The notes under the pieces are model-generated. The model saw nothing but the letters and a program-made list of their open reading frames with translations. It was not told where the DNA came from and did no database searches. Shown here one piece after another: positions 17,842 through 25,945 of a DNA stretch of 64,000 nt. The DNA is from an uncultured Armatimonadetes bacterium. Its GTDB lineage: Bacteria; Armatimonadota; UBA5829; DTJY01. The stretch covers positions 576,001 through 640,000 of the forward strand of contig OY970325.1 of assembly GCA_963717145.1 (NCBI GenBank), written 5' to 3'. The number at the start of each line of letters is the position of its first letter. The first letter of the stretch is position 1. Both the position numbers and the translations under genes were made by a program.

Positions 17842-18732
17842 CTATCCCGCCTTCGTGCCGTAGCAGATCATCATCGAGGACCCAGCAACCGTGTTGTACT
17901 CCCGTCCATGCGCTGTGAACTCCGTGCTGACGTACTTCTCGATCTCCAACTGCTCCGTCGCCTCGTCCGAGGTCAGACCCCGCCCGATCAGATTGGCGAT
18001 GACTGCCTGATCGTCCATCCCGGGACTGCCGAATGCCTCCTCGCGCAGGGCAGCATAGAGGCGCTCCTTCTCGTCAGCGGGTAGATCGGGGTGCAGATAG
18101 TTCACGCGATCGCTCACTCTGCACTCGACGTCGTTCAGACCGAGTTCGCGCATGTACACGGGCAGTCGGATGCCGATGTTGCCGTCTTTGCCCGTCCGCA
18201 GCCTGTCCTCTTCCCAGAGCTTCTGCAGAATGGTCGGATTCCGGGTGTTGTTGATGTCCAACTCGTGGATGAGATGGTTCGCCAGGAAACCATTCCGGTG
18301 AGGCTCAATGCAGAGGACCTTTCCGCCGGGCCTCGTACACCGGATCATCGTCGAGAGCACGTTTTTCGGCTCAGTGAGGTGCAGGAGCAGGGCCTGGCAG
18401 ACGGCCAGGTCATACCCGCCCTCCGGCAGTTCGATGGACTCGACATCGCCAAGTATGAACTCGGCATGGTAGGGTGATCGGTCGAACAGATCTCTTGCTG
18501 TGCGAATGAGTTCCTCTCCCCTGTCGATCCCGGTATACCTGGATCCCTTGGGGAGGTAGGGAAGGAGTTTGAGCCCGAGGTAGCCGGCCCCGCAGCCGAA
18601 GTCGATAAGATCCGTCGGCTCGGTGAGTCGGAGCACCCTGGTAAGCAGGAACTCCAGGTAGTCGTCGTTGTGATACAACCGACGACTCCTAAGGAGGTAC
18701 TCTATCTTCTCGTCCCAGTAGTACTCACTCAT
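17842..18732 (-). CDS. Class I SAM-dependent methyltransferase
   Basis: LIDFGCGAGYLG, YTGID, FILGDV, YDLAVCQALLLHL, RPGGKVLCIEP. Confidence 0.9.
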   Translation of the reverse strand: MSEYYWDEKIEYLLRSRRLYHNDDYLEFLLTRVLRLTEPTDLIDFGCGAGYLGLKLLPYLPKGSRYTGIDRGEELIRTARDLFDRSPYHAEFILGDVESIELPEGGYDLAVCQALLLHLTEPKNVLSTMIRCTRPGGKVLCIEPHRNGFLANHLIHELDINNTRNPTILQKLWEEDRLRTGKDGNIGIRLPVYMRELGLNDVECRVSDRVNYLHPDLPADEKERLYAALREEAFGSPGMDDQAVIANLIGRGLTSDEATEQLEIEKYVSTEFTAHGREYNTVAGSSMMICYGTKAG

Positions 18733-18750
18733 CTCTCGCGTCCCTTGAAG

Positions 18751-19167
18751 CTACTCGCCCTGAACCGTGACGATGATCGTCCGGCGGCGGGGCCTGACGT
18801 CGCATTCCAGGAAGAAGATCTGCTGCCATGTGCCGAGGACCGGTTTCCCATCCCTGACCGGCACAGTCAGCGATGGTCCGATCAATGTCGCCTGAAGGTG
18901 GGAGTGCGCATTCGCATCCTTCGCGGTCTGCTGATGATCGTATTCCCCATCCAGAGGAACCAGCCGATCGAGCAGCGCCGCGATATCATGCGCCAGTCCG
19001 CGTTCCAATTCCATCGAGCCGACGGCGCCGGTGCTTCCGACATTGAAGACGTTCAGGATCCCGGTCTTGATGCCCGACTTCTGGACGATCTCGGCGACTC
19101 TTGCGGTGATGTCGTGTATCTCGTGCCTGTCCTGGGTATTGAGACGTATCTCTTCCTGGCAAACCAT
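18751..19167 (-). CDS. yjbQ: YjbQ/UPF0047 family protein
   Basis: DITARV, YDHQQ..DANAHSHL, LGTWQQIFFLECDVRPRRR; SD GAGAGGAG before ATG 19167. Confidence 0.88.
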   Translation of the reverse strand: MVCQEEIRLNTQDRHEIHDITARVAEIVQKSGIKTGILNVFNVGSTGAVGSMELERGLAHDIAALLDRLVPLDGEYDHQQTAKDANAHSHLQATLIGPSLTVPVRDGKPVLGTWQQIFFLECDVRPRRRTIIVTVQGE

Positions 19168-19198
19168 CTCTCTGCTCCTCTCTCGAAACGCAACTTCT

Positions 19199-19271
19199 AC
19201 ATGTAGTGGCCGTGCCTCTGTGCCGGCCATCGGCGTGGAAAGGCCGGCACGGAGGCACGGCCACTACATGT
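19199..19271. repeat. GTAG-headed REP-like doublet, family C
   Basis: GTAGTGGCCGTGCCTCnGTGCCGGCC arm + loop + reverse complement; copies at 41071 and 62445. Confidence 0.9.
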
Positions 19272-19386
19272 GTTTGTCGCGGCGGTGCTTGAGCATCACC
19301 TTGAACTCGCGGATCGGAATCACTATCCATATGATGAATATGACGAAGCCGATACTCCAGATTCCCCATGTTATCCAGTCGAACAT
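19264..19386 (-). CDS. Small single-pass membrane protein (40 aa), absent from the ORF track
   Basis: SD GGGAGG, then MFDWITWGIWSIGFVIFIIWIVIPIREFKVMLKHRRDKHM*; starts 12 nt after the URO-D-like stop. Confidence 0.7.
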   Translation of the reverse strand: MFDWITWGIWSIGFVIFIIWIVIPIREFKVMLKHRRDKHM

Positions 19387-19398
19387 CTCGATCCTCCC

Positions 19399-20487
19399 TC
19401 AGTATCGCCCGAATTCCCTGTACGCATCCAGAAGCGCGAGCGCGTTCTCCACGGGCGTATCGGCCTGGATGTTGTGCGCGGTGCACAGAATGTATCCGCC
19501 ACCGGGCCCAAATGCCTCGACCCTCTCCTTGACTTCCCGGCGAATCTCTTCCTTCGTCCCGAAAGGCAACGTCTGCTGGATCGACATCCCGCCGTGGAAT
19601 GCCAACTTGTCGCCGAACTGAGCCTTGAGCGTGTGCGGATCCATATCGAACGCTTCCGGCTGGACCGACTGCAGGACGTCCAATCCCCGCTCGATCATCA
19701 GCGGGATGATCGGCCTGACGGAGCCGCACGTATGGTGCATCACGCGGATGCCATGCGATTTCGCCAGGGAGACATAGTCGGCAAACCCCTGCCCGAGGAA
19801 CTGAGTCCACATCGCGGGCGAGACGAGCGGTCCGTTCTGCGAGCCGAAGTCGTCGCCCATGAGCAGGATGTCGATCGTACCCCTCGCGGCCTCGAATATC
19901 CTCTCAGCGTAGGAGCAGTAGAAGCTGCGGACGCGGCGGAAGATCGTCTCGGCGATCTCCGGCTCCATGCACATATCGAGGAGAATCTGTTCGACTCCTC
20001 TGAGATACATCGCGGGCTTGAGCTGGGCCAGTCGGTTCATCCTGTCGCCCTGGAAGACCGCGACCCGTGCCTTCCGGCGCACTTCCTCACATTGCGCCTC
20101 GATGACCGAATAGTCGAACCAGTCGGGCGAGGGCCAATGGTCATAGGCTTCGATCTCCTCGACCGTCGTCATAGCGCTGAGTGGTGACTTCGCGACCTCC
20201 TCGTATGTCTCCGCGCCGTCCTGGAGTTGGAGGCTGACCATCGTGCGGCGGACTCCCCAGATATCCTCGTCCGTGCCATCCTCGAAGGCCCGGAGCGGAG
20301 GTCCGATGTACGCCGGGCCTTCGATATAGCGCAGGTCCACATCCCTCACGTCCAGGAGTGCCTCCATGTCAGTATTCAGCGCGGAGAGGATCTTCCGACT
20401 GAACCCCTTCGACATCCACAGGTCGATCGGAACTCTATCAGGTTCCTCGAAATCGAGTGCCTTGAATACTCGTTCTCTGGAATCCAC
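19399..20487 (-). CDS. URO-D/MtaA/CmuA-family protein
   Basis: DSRERVFKALDFEEPDRVPID, DIWGV, LRGVEQILLD, MGDDFGSQNGPLVSP, HHTCGS, FHGGMSIQQTLPFGT, GGGYILCTAHNIQ; GTG start with SD. Confidence 0.88.
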   Translation of the reverse strand: MDSRERVFKALDFEEPDRVPIDLWMSKGFSRKILSALNTDMEALLDVRDVDLRYIEGPAYIGPPLRAFEDGTDEDIWGVRRTMVSLQLQDGAETYEEVAKSPLSAMTTVEEIEAYDHWPSPDWFDYSVIEAQCEEVRRKARVAVFQGDRMNRLAQLKPAMYLRGVEQILLDMCMEPEIAETIFRRVRSFYCSYAERIFEAARGTIDILLMGDDFGSQNGPLVSPAMWTQFLGQGFADYVSLAKSHGIRVMHHTCGSVRPIIPLMIERGLDVLQSVQPEAFDMDPHTLKAQFGDKLAFHGGMSIQQTLPFGTKEEIRREVKERVEAFGPGGGYILCTAHNIQADTPVENALALLDAYREFGRY

Positions 20488-20501
20488 AGGTGCTTCCTCT
20501 C

Positions 20502-21842
20502 TCAGTCGCTCTTGCTGGATGGAACGGCGTTCCACTTGGGAATCAGGAGCAGGGCTGCAATGAAGATAAGCCCCGCCAGGCCGTAGAAGAGCGCGCCCCA
20601 GCCGTACTTCTCCGAGATGACACCCGGCAGCGATCCGCCGACGAACCCGCCGATCGACCCGAAACCGTTGATGATGCCGACCGATGTCGATGCGCCCCGC
20701 TTCGTACCGAAGTCGACGGCGGCGGTCGATGCGATCGTCGAGTCCGGGCCGAACAGGAAGAATCCGATCGCGAAGAGCACCCCGCACATCGCCCAGACGC
20801 TCCCGCCGCGAGTGAGCAGATCGAATGACGCCGCCACGAGCGACAAGAGGAACAGGCCGATGACGCACACCGGCATTCTCCTCGCCCCGAACAGCTTGTC
20901 CGAGGCGTAACCCGCAGCGATTGCGCCGAGTGGTCCGGCCGCCTCGAAGAGTATCGCAATCAGTCCCGATTGTCCCACGCCGGTCCCGAGTTTCTCGTAG
21001 ACGATCAGCGGTCCCCAGAACAGGATCGCGTATCGAGCGGGTTTGAGGCAGAAGTAGACCAGACCGAGGCGGAGGACCATCATGTTCTTGAGGGTCGCGA
21101 CGATAGTCTCCCAGGAGCCGTGCTCATCGTCACTGGGACTGGGGATTGCCTGGAGGGCTTCCCCCGGCTCGCAGTGATACGCCTCGATCTCGCAGAGGCC
21201 GCAGTCCTCAGGGCGATTCTTCTGGAATGCGATGAAGAGCAGCCAGATCACAAAGAGCGCGCCCGCGGTTGCGAAGAATGCGGCGCGCCATCCATAGTAC
21301 TCGGCGGTGTATGCGGCGAAGGGAGTCGCGATCAGCCCGCCGATGGCGTAGTTCGAGCACCACCAGCCGTATGCCCGCCCGCGCTCCTTGCGAGAGAACC
21401 AGCATCCGACGTTCTTCGTAAGCGGCCCCCATCCGCTCGACTGGCAGAGGCCCTGGATGAAGAAGATCACTCCGAATGCCAGAACGATGCTCGATACGCC
21501 CATAGCGGCTCCGAAGATCACCGAGCCGAGCATCCCGACGAGCACAACCTTGCGTGCCCCGTATCTATCGCCGGCGATCCCCCATACAAACTGGCCGATC
21601 GCATATGCGATGAGATAGGCCCCGTCGATCCAGCCCATCTGCGCCTTGGTGATCCCGAGGTGCGCGTCCTCGAGCATCCCGGGCTTGGCGGCAGAGAAAG
21701 CCTTGCGGGTCAGATAGAACCCGACATACGCCAGCCATGTGATGCCGAAGATCTGCCATCGCCATCGTTCGTAGATGGGATCTTTCTGGTGACCCGAGGG
21801 GCTCGGACTCCCCGGAGCTTGAGTGTTCTGTTCCATATTCAT
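20502..21842 (-). CDS. MFS transporter, GlpT/UhpT (organophosphate:Pi antiporter)-like
   Basis: YVGFYLTRKAFS, GIAGDRYGAR, QGLCQSSGWGP, WFSRKERG, GYASDKLFGARR. Confidence 0.85.
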   Translation of the reverse strand: MNMEQNTQAPGSPSPSGHQKDPIYERWRWQIFGITWLAYVGFYLTRKAFSAAKPGMLEDAHLGITKAQMGWIDGAYLIAYAIGQFVWGIAGDRYGARKVVLVGMLGSVIFGAAMGVSSIVLAFGVIFFIQGLCQSSGWGPLTKNVGCWFSRKERGRAYGWWCSNYAIGGLIATPFAAYTAEYYGWRAAFFATAGALFVIWLLFIAFQKNRPEDCGLCEIEAYHCEPGEALQAIPSPSDDEHGSWETIVATLKNMMVLRLGLVYFCLKPARYAILFWGPLIVYEKLGTGVGQSGLIAILFEAAGPLGAIAAGYASDKLFGARRMPVCVIGLFLLSLVAASFDLLTRGGSVWAMCGVLFAIGFFLFGPDSTIASTAAVDFGTKRGASTSVGIINGFGSIGGFVGGSLPGVISEKYGWGALFYGLAGLIFIAALLLIPKWNAVPSSKSD

Positions 21843-21874
21843 GGTTCCTCCCCCCAACTCACTAAGAAAGCCCC

Positions 21875-21983
21875 CACCGTGAGTCCTGAGTGCGCCTCTG
21901 GGCGTGTATCGAAGGACGGCTTCAATAGTGCCACAAGGCCGTCCTTCGATACACGCCCAGAGGCGCACTCAGGACTCACGGTG
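21875..21983. repeat. Long palindromic doublet, family D (AGTCCTGAG...GTGTAnCGAAGGACGGC)
   Basis: 46-bp perfect inverted arms, 17-nt loop; relative at 42807-42921. Confidence 0.92.
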
Positions 21984-22045
21984 TGCTCTCTAACGGAAAC
22001 AACTGCGCAAGCTGCGCAGTCAAGCGCTCAGAATGACACTGCCGA

Positions 22046-23776
22046 TCAGTCGCTGTAGACTCGGATCAGTCCACCCGCGAAGAAGATCAGCATCCCTCCG
22101 ACTGCGAGGTGCGACGCCAGCGCAAATGCCACGCTTCCCGATATCACGCCCGACAGGAATATGATCAGGCCACAGAGCATCATCCCGACGCCGAACTTGC
22201 CCGTGGCGGTCGTCGGGATGAGGTGGATCTCCTCCGCCGAGGTCGCCATCTTGGCGCACTTGAAGGCGTCCCAGATGCGTTGGCAGTCCGGGGTGACCTG
22301 CTGCTTCGGGAACATGATGCTGATCACCGGAACGGCGATCAGAGCGGCTATGGTGCTCGCCAGCGCGGCGATGCTCTTGGCCCAGAGCGACCAGTTCACG
22401 TTCTCACCGAGCAGCGTGTGAACTATCCGATAAGCGGACAGGTCCGGGTTGGCGTTGAAATACCTGAAGCACAGGTATCCGGCGGTCGCACCGATCAGAT
22501 ACCCGCCGATCGCGCCCTGCCAGTTGGCCCGACGGGAGAAGAGCCCGTAGACGATCGTGATGACGAAGACCGGCATGTCCACGATCGCGACGATAGTGAG
22601 GTTGGCCTGGACCACACCCTTGAACTGGCTGACTATGTAGTATGCGAACAGGATCATCAGGATGCCGGTCACGACAGTAGCGGTTCGCACCACTCTCAAC
22701 AGGTGCTTGGGCGCGGCCTTACGGAATATGTTGTTGTACACATCGCACGTGAAGAGAGTCGCAACTGAGTTGATGTCGGCGCTGATGGCCGACATCATGG
22801 ATGCGACCAATCCGCACATGACGAGCCCCAGAACGCCCGGCATCAGATACGCTCGCATGAAGGACGCCATTACCATGTCCGGCTTCGCGATCCCAGGCTG
22901 AAGGACCAGATCGCTAAGCGCCGGGAGAATCCACAGGAAGGCGAAGGGCGTAGTGATGATCCCCGAGAGCACCATCCCCTTGGCGACAGTGCGAGGGTTC
23001 CGACCGCCGAACGCGCGCTGGAGGATCGCCTGATCGATGCACGCCCATTTGGTCGCGAGGAGGATCATCGAGATGATGAATAGCCAGTTGAACTCCGTGC
23101 TTTGGGAGACGAATTTCAGATGCTCGCGCATGACGCCCGAATGGTTGATGACCTCGATGACATGCGGCACTCCGCCGGCATTGATCGTCGCGATCGGGAG
23201 CACAATCAGCGCGCCTCCGAGCATGAAGGCAAAGGCGATGGTATCGGTCATGGAGACCGACCACGCTCCGCCGATCGCGCTGTAGATAATCGCGATGGCC
23301 GAGAACGCCGCGAACCAGATCCAGACGCTATCGACGCCGGTGATGACGCGAGCGGCGGTGACTGCGGCCCAGAGGATCACGGCCAGGTAGAAACAGAGCC
23401 GGAGCGCCCAGATGAAGCCGATGAACAGCCGGATGTACTTGTTGTAGCGCAACTCGAGGAACTCGGGAACGGTGCGAACCATCAGGCGTCGGAGGATAGG
23501 CACGACGAACAGGCCGGAAAACACGAGGGCCATGTTCCCAATCCACGTCTGCCAGATGATCCCGAGCCCACTCTTGTATGCAGCGCCCGCCTGCCCGATG
23601 AAACTGTACATGTTCACGTTCGTAGCGGTGATGGTCGCGGCCAGGATGAATGGGGTGAGTTGGCGACCGGCGACATAGAAGTCGTCGGTCTCCTTGACCC
23701 ACCGGGAGAAGTATATGCCCGCGAGAAACATCAGGGCGAGGAATCCGACAACGAGGATGATGTCTACGGGAGCCAT
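22046..23776 (-). CDS. Sodium:solute symporter (SSS) family protein
   Basis: DDFYVAGRQL, SFIGQAGAAY, TVPEFLELRY, GGAWSVSMTD, DQAILQR, GLVASMMSAISADINSVAT. Confidence 0.92.
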   Translation of the reverse strand: MAPVDIILVVGFLALMFLAGIYFSRWVKETDDFYVAGRQLTPFILAATITATNVNMYSFIGQAGAAYKSGLGIIWQTWIGNMALVFSGLFVVPILRRLMVRTVPEFLELRYNKYIRLFIGFIWALRLCFYLAVILWAAVTAARVITGVDSVWIWFAAFSAIAIIYSAIGGAWSVSMTDTIAFAFMLGGALIVLPIATINAGGVPHVIEVINHSGVMREHLKFVSQSTEFNWLFIISMILLATKWACIDQAILQRAFGGRNPRTVAKGMVLSGIITTPFAFLWILPALSDLVLQPGIAKPDMVMASFMRAYLMPGVLGLVMCGLVASMMSAISADINSVATLFTCDVYNNIFRKAAPKHLLRVVRTATVVTGILMILFAYYIVSQFKGVVQANLTIVAIVDMPVFVITIVYGLFSRRANWQGAIGGYLIGATAGYLCFRYFNANPDLSAYRIVHTLLGENVNWSLWAKSIAALASTIAALIAVPVISIMFPKQQVTPDCQRIWDAFKCAKMATSAEEIHLIPTTATGKFGVGMMLCGLIIFLSGVISGSVAFALASHLAVGGMLIFFAGGLIRVYSD

Positions 23777-23822
23777 CTGAGCCTTCCTTAACCGCAGGAG
23801 CGTTGTCCTGCATCTGCGCCAG

Positions 23823-23893
23823 CGACTGTAGGGGCGTGCCTTGTGCCGCCCGACGGCCGGGTCACGGCGGCACAAGGCACGCCCCTACAGTCG
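23823..23893. repeat. GTAG-headed REP-like doublet (GTAGGGGCG variant of family C)
   Basis: cgactgtaggggcgtgccttgtgccgcc ... ggcggcacaaggcacgcccctacagtcg. Confidence 0.88.
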
Positions 23894-23926
23894 ATGGTGG
23901 ACGAACAATCGGCAGCAAACCGTCTT

Positions 23927-23956
23927 ATGCTATACAGTATGAGCGCAAGTTGTCAA
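23927..23956 (-). promoter_or_regulatory. Putative promoter of the SSS operon
   Basis: TTGACA-18 nt-TAGCAT on the minus strand. Confidence 0.5.
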
Positions 23957-23968
23957 GCACGGAATGCG

Positions 23969-25945
23969 CTACAGGAAGAACGTGTATGTGTCCACGCCCA
24001 GGACGCCTCTGACGAAACTCCACATCCCCCCGACCGCGAACTCCCCGAGTACCAACCCGACGAAGAACGGGATCGCCGCCCGATAACCCCTCAGCCCCGA
24101 GTAGCGCAGGATAAGGACTTTGGTGAGCCAACTGATCATGATCGGCAGCCAGATGTAATCGACGCCGAACGACATCCCGAGCGCATACCCCGCCGGATGG
24201 AAGGGGAAGCCATAGTACATTACCGCGAACTTCGCCAGCCCGATCGCCACTACGGCCCCGATGGCAATGCCCGCCATGCTCATGTAGTTCGACCCAACTG
24301 GATTGTTCAACCAGTTCATCAGTTGGTTGTAAGCGGCACTCGAGAAGCCCGAGCCCGGAGCGCCCGGATGATGAGCCGCGGCATAATGTCTTCCGTACGC
24401 AAGGTGCATGATCGCCCAGAACGCGGAGAAGACTCCGATCACACCTGCCGAAGCCAGTGCGATAACCATCGTCCGAATCTTCAGCCCACTCTCGCTCGCG
24501 GCCTTGAGGCATTCCGCCTGCTGCGGCATCAGCAGTCCACGATGCATCCGGTTCTGGAAGTAGAGCAGAGAGAAGATCGTCAGGTTCTGCGGACCGACGA
24601 ATGCCGTTCCAAGTCCGAGGATGAGCATATTGGACGCCCCGACCGACCCGAGTTCGTGCGACGGCGGTCCGAGTTCCGCTCGGATTCGTGTGAATGCGCC
24701 GCAGAACGCGAGGTACAGAAGGACATACACGACGGCAAGCCAGAGCGCCATCCCCGCAAGGTTGAGGAACCCCATCATAACGAGTGCGGCGAGACCGAGT
24801 GCGATGAATGCCCACCGATAGCTGATCCCGCCGTCGTGCGTCAGTCCTTCTCCGGTCCGAGCCGACTGCCAAATCTCCCGGATGTATCCGCGCCCGAACC
24901 ACAGGCTTGCTGCGAAGAGTGCGATCAGTGCGCCGAACGACTGCTCCTTCAGATAGGGATACCATGCGTCCGTGCCTGTGTATCCGAATGCGGCCGCCGC
25001 GACCTGTTGTGCCTTGCGGAAGAAAAAGAAGAACCAGCTCGAGAATGCCATGTTCGTCGGCATGAAGAAGCTCAGCCCGATCACGAATGGGTAGAACGAC
25101 GCGACCGTCCAGCCCATCGCCTTCCATGGACTCGAGGCGCTGAACCATGGGCTGATGTCGTTCATCTTGACGTTCAGCCTCGGGAGGTTGGGATAGAACT
25201 GCGAGAGGCCGTTCAGCAGGTCGATCCCCGCCGCAAGCGCGAATCCCGCCCAGAAGAGCTTGTTCCTGAAGAGCGGGTTCGATCCTCCGCCCTCCGTGAT
25301 GATAAGTGGGATCTGGACGATCGGATAGGTGAGGCGCTCGTTCTCGACCCAGTGCCTTCGAAGCAGGATCACCATCGAAAGCATGGCGACCATGACGGCG
25401 ATCAGGAACACACTCCACGCGGCAATGGGAACGATCCAGATCTGGAAGTTCGCCCAGTTGTAGAGCGTCGAATGCCCCTGCTCGAAGCTCTTCACTGAAT
25501 CGCTCAGGTCGCTGATTGTGAGCCATCGTGGCAGATGCGGCGCGATCAGTTCGCCCATTCTGTTCTCGGGAGTAGCGAAGTAGGCGGCGTGAGGGATGGT
25601 CGGGACGACCATCTGCATGCAATCGTGCCCGACGAGGCTCGACCCAGTCGCCACCATGCCGTAGACGACCAGGAGTTCCTGCCTGCCCAGAGCGCACTTC
25701 GGGAGGAACCGACGGACGAGCATGTTCAGCGCCATCAGAACGATCAGGCTGAAGATTACGTTGAAGAAGAGCGAAGCGCATGTCGGGAAGCCGGAGTAGT
25801 CCAGCGCCTCCGTCCGCGCGATCCAGAGGCTGTTGACAGGGATGAGCGCGCCCCCGAGGACGAAGACCCACCATCGGAAGCGCTCGCCCTTCGTGGATGG
25901 CTCGATCGAGCCGGGCATCGTGGATCGCGGCCTCATGACGCTCAT
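23969..25945 (-). CDS. Large polytopic membrane protein, DUF6785/DUF6784-like putative transporter
   Basis: ELLVVY, ILLRRHWVENERLTYPIVQIP, YPFVIGLSF, FTRIRAELGPP, FPFHPAGY, LILRYSGLRGYR..PFFVGLVLGE. Confidence 0.7.
   Translation of the reverse strand: MSVMRPRSTMPGSIEPSTKGERFRWWVFVLGGALIPVNSLWIARTEALDYSGFPTCASLFFNVIFSLIVLMALNMLVRRFLPKCALGRQELLVVYGMVATGSSLVGHDCMQMVVPTIPHAAYFATPENRMGELIAPHLPRWLTISDLSDSVKSFEQGHSTLYNWANFQIWIVPIAAWSVFLIAVMVAMLSMVILLRRHWVENERLTYPIVQIPLIITEGGGSNPLFRNKLFWAGFALAAGIDLLNGLSQFYPNLPRLNVKMNDISPWFSASSPWKAMGWTVASFYPFVIGLSFFMPTNMAFSSWFFFFFRKAQQVAAAAFGYTGTDAWYPYLKEQSFGALIALFAASLWFGRGYIREIWQSARTGEGLTHDGGISYRWAFIALGLAALVMMGFLNLAGMALWLAVVYVLLYLAFCGAFTRIRAELGPPSHELGSVGASNMLILGLGTAFVGPQNLTIFSLLYFQNRMHRGLLMPQQAECLKAASESGLKIRTMVIALASAGVIGVFSAFWAIMHLAYGRHYAAAHHPGAPGSGFSSAAYNQLMNWLNNPVGSNYMSMAGIAIGAVVAIGLAKFAVMYYGFPFHPAGYALGMSFGVDYIWLPIMISWLTKVLILRYSGLRGYRAAIPFFVGLVLGEFAVGGMWSFVRGVLGVDTYTFFL

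Noticed and set aside
19168-19230. Shared peptide MAGTEARPL at the start of several ORF-track proteins (also near 62524)
   Set aside because: Translation of the family C repeat; true starts with SD sequences lie downstream
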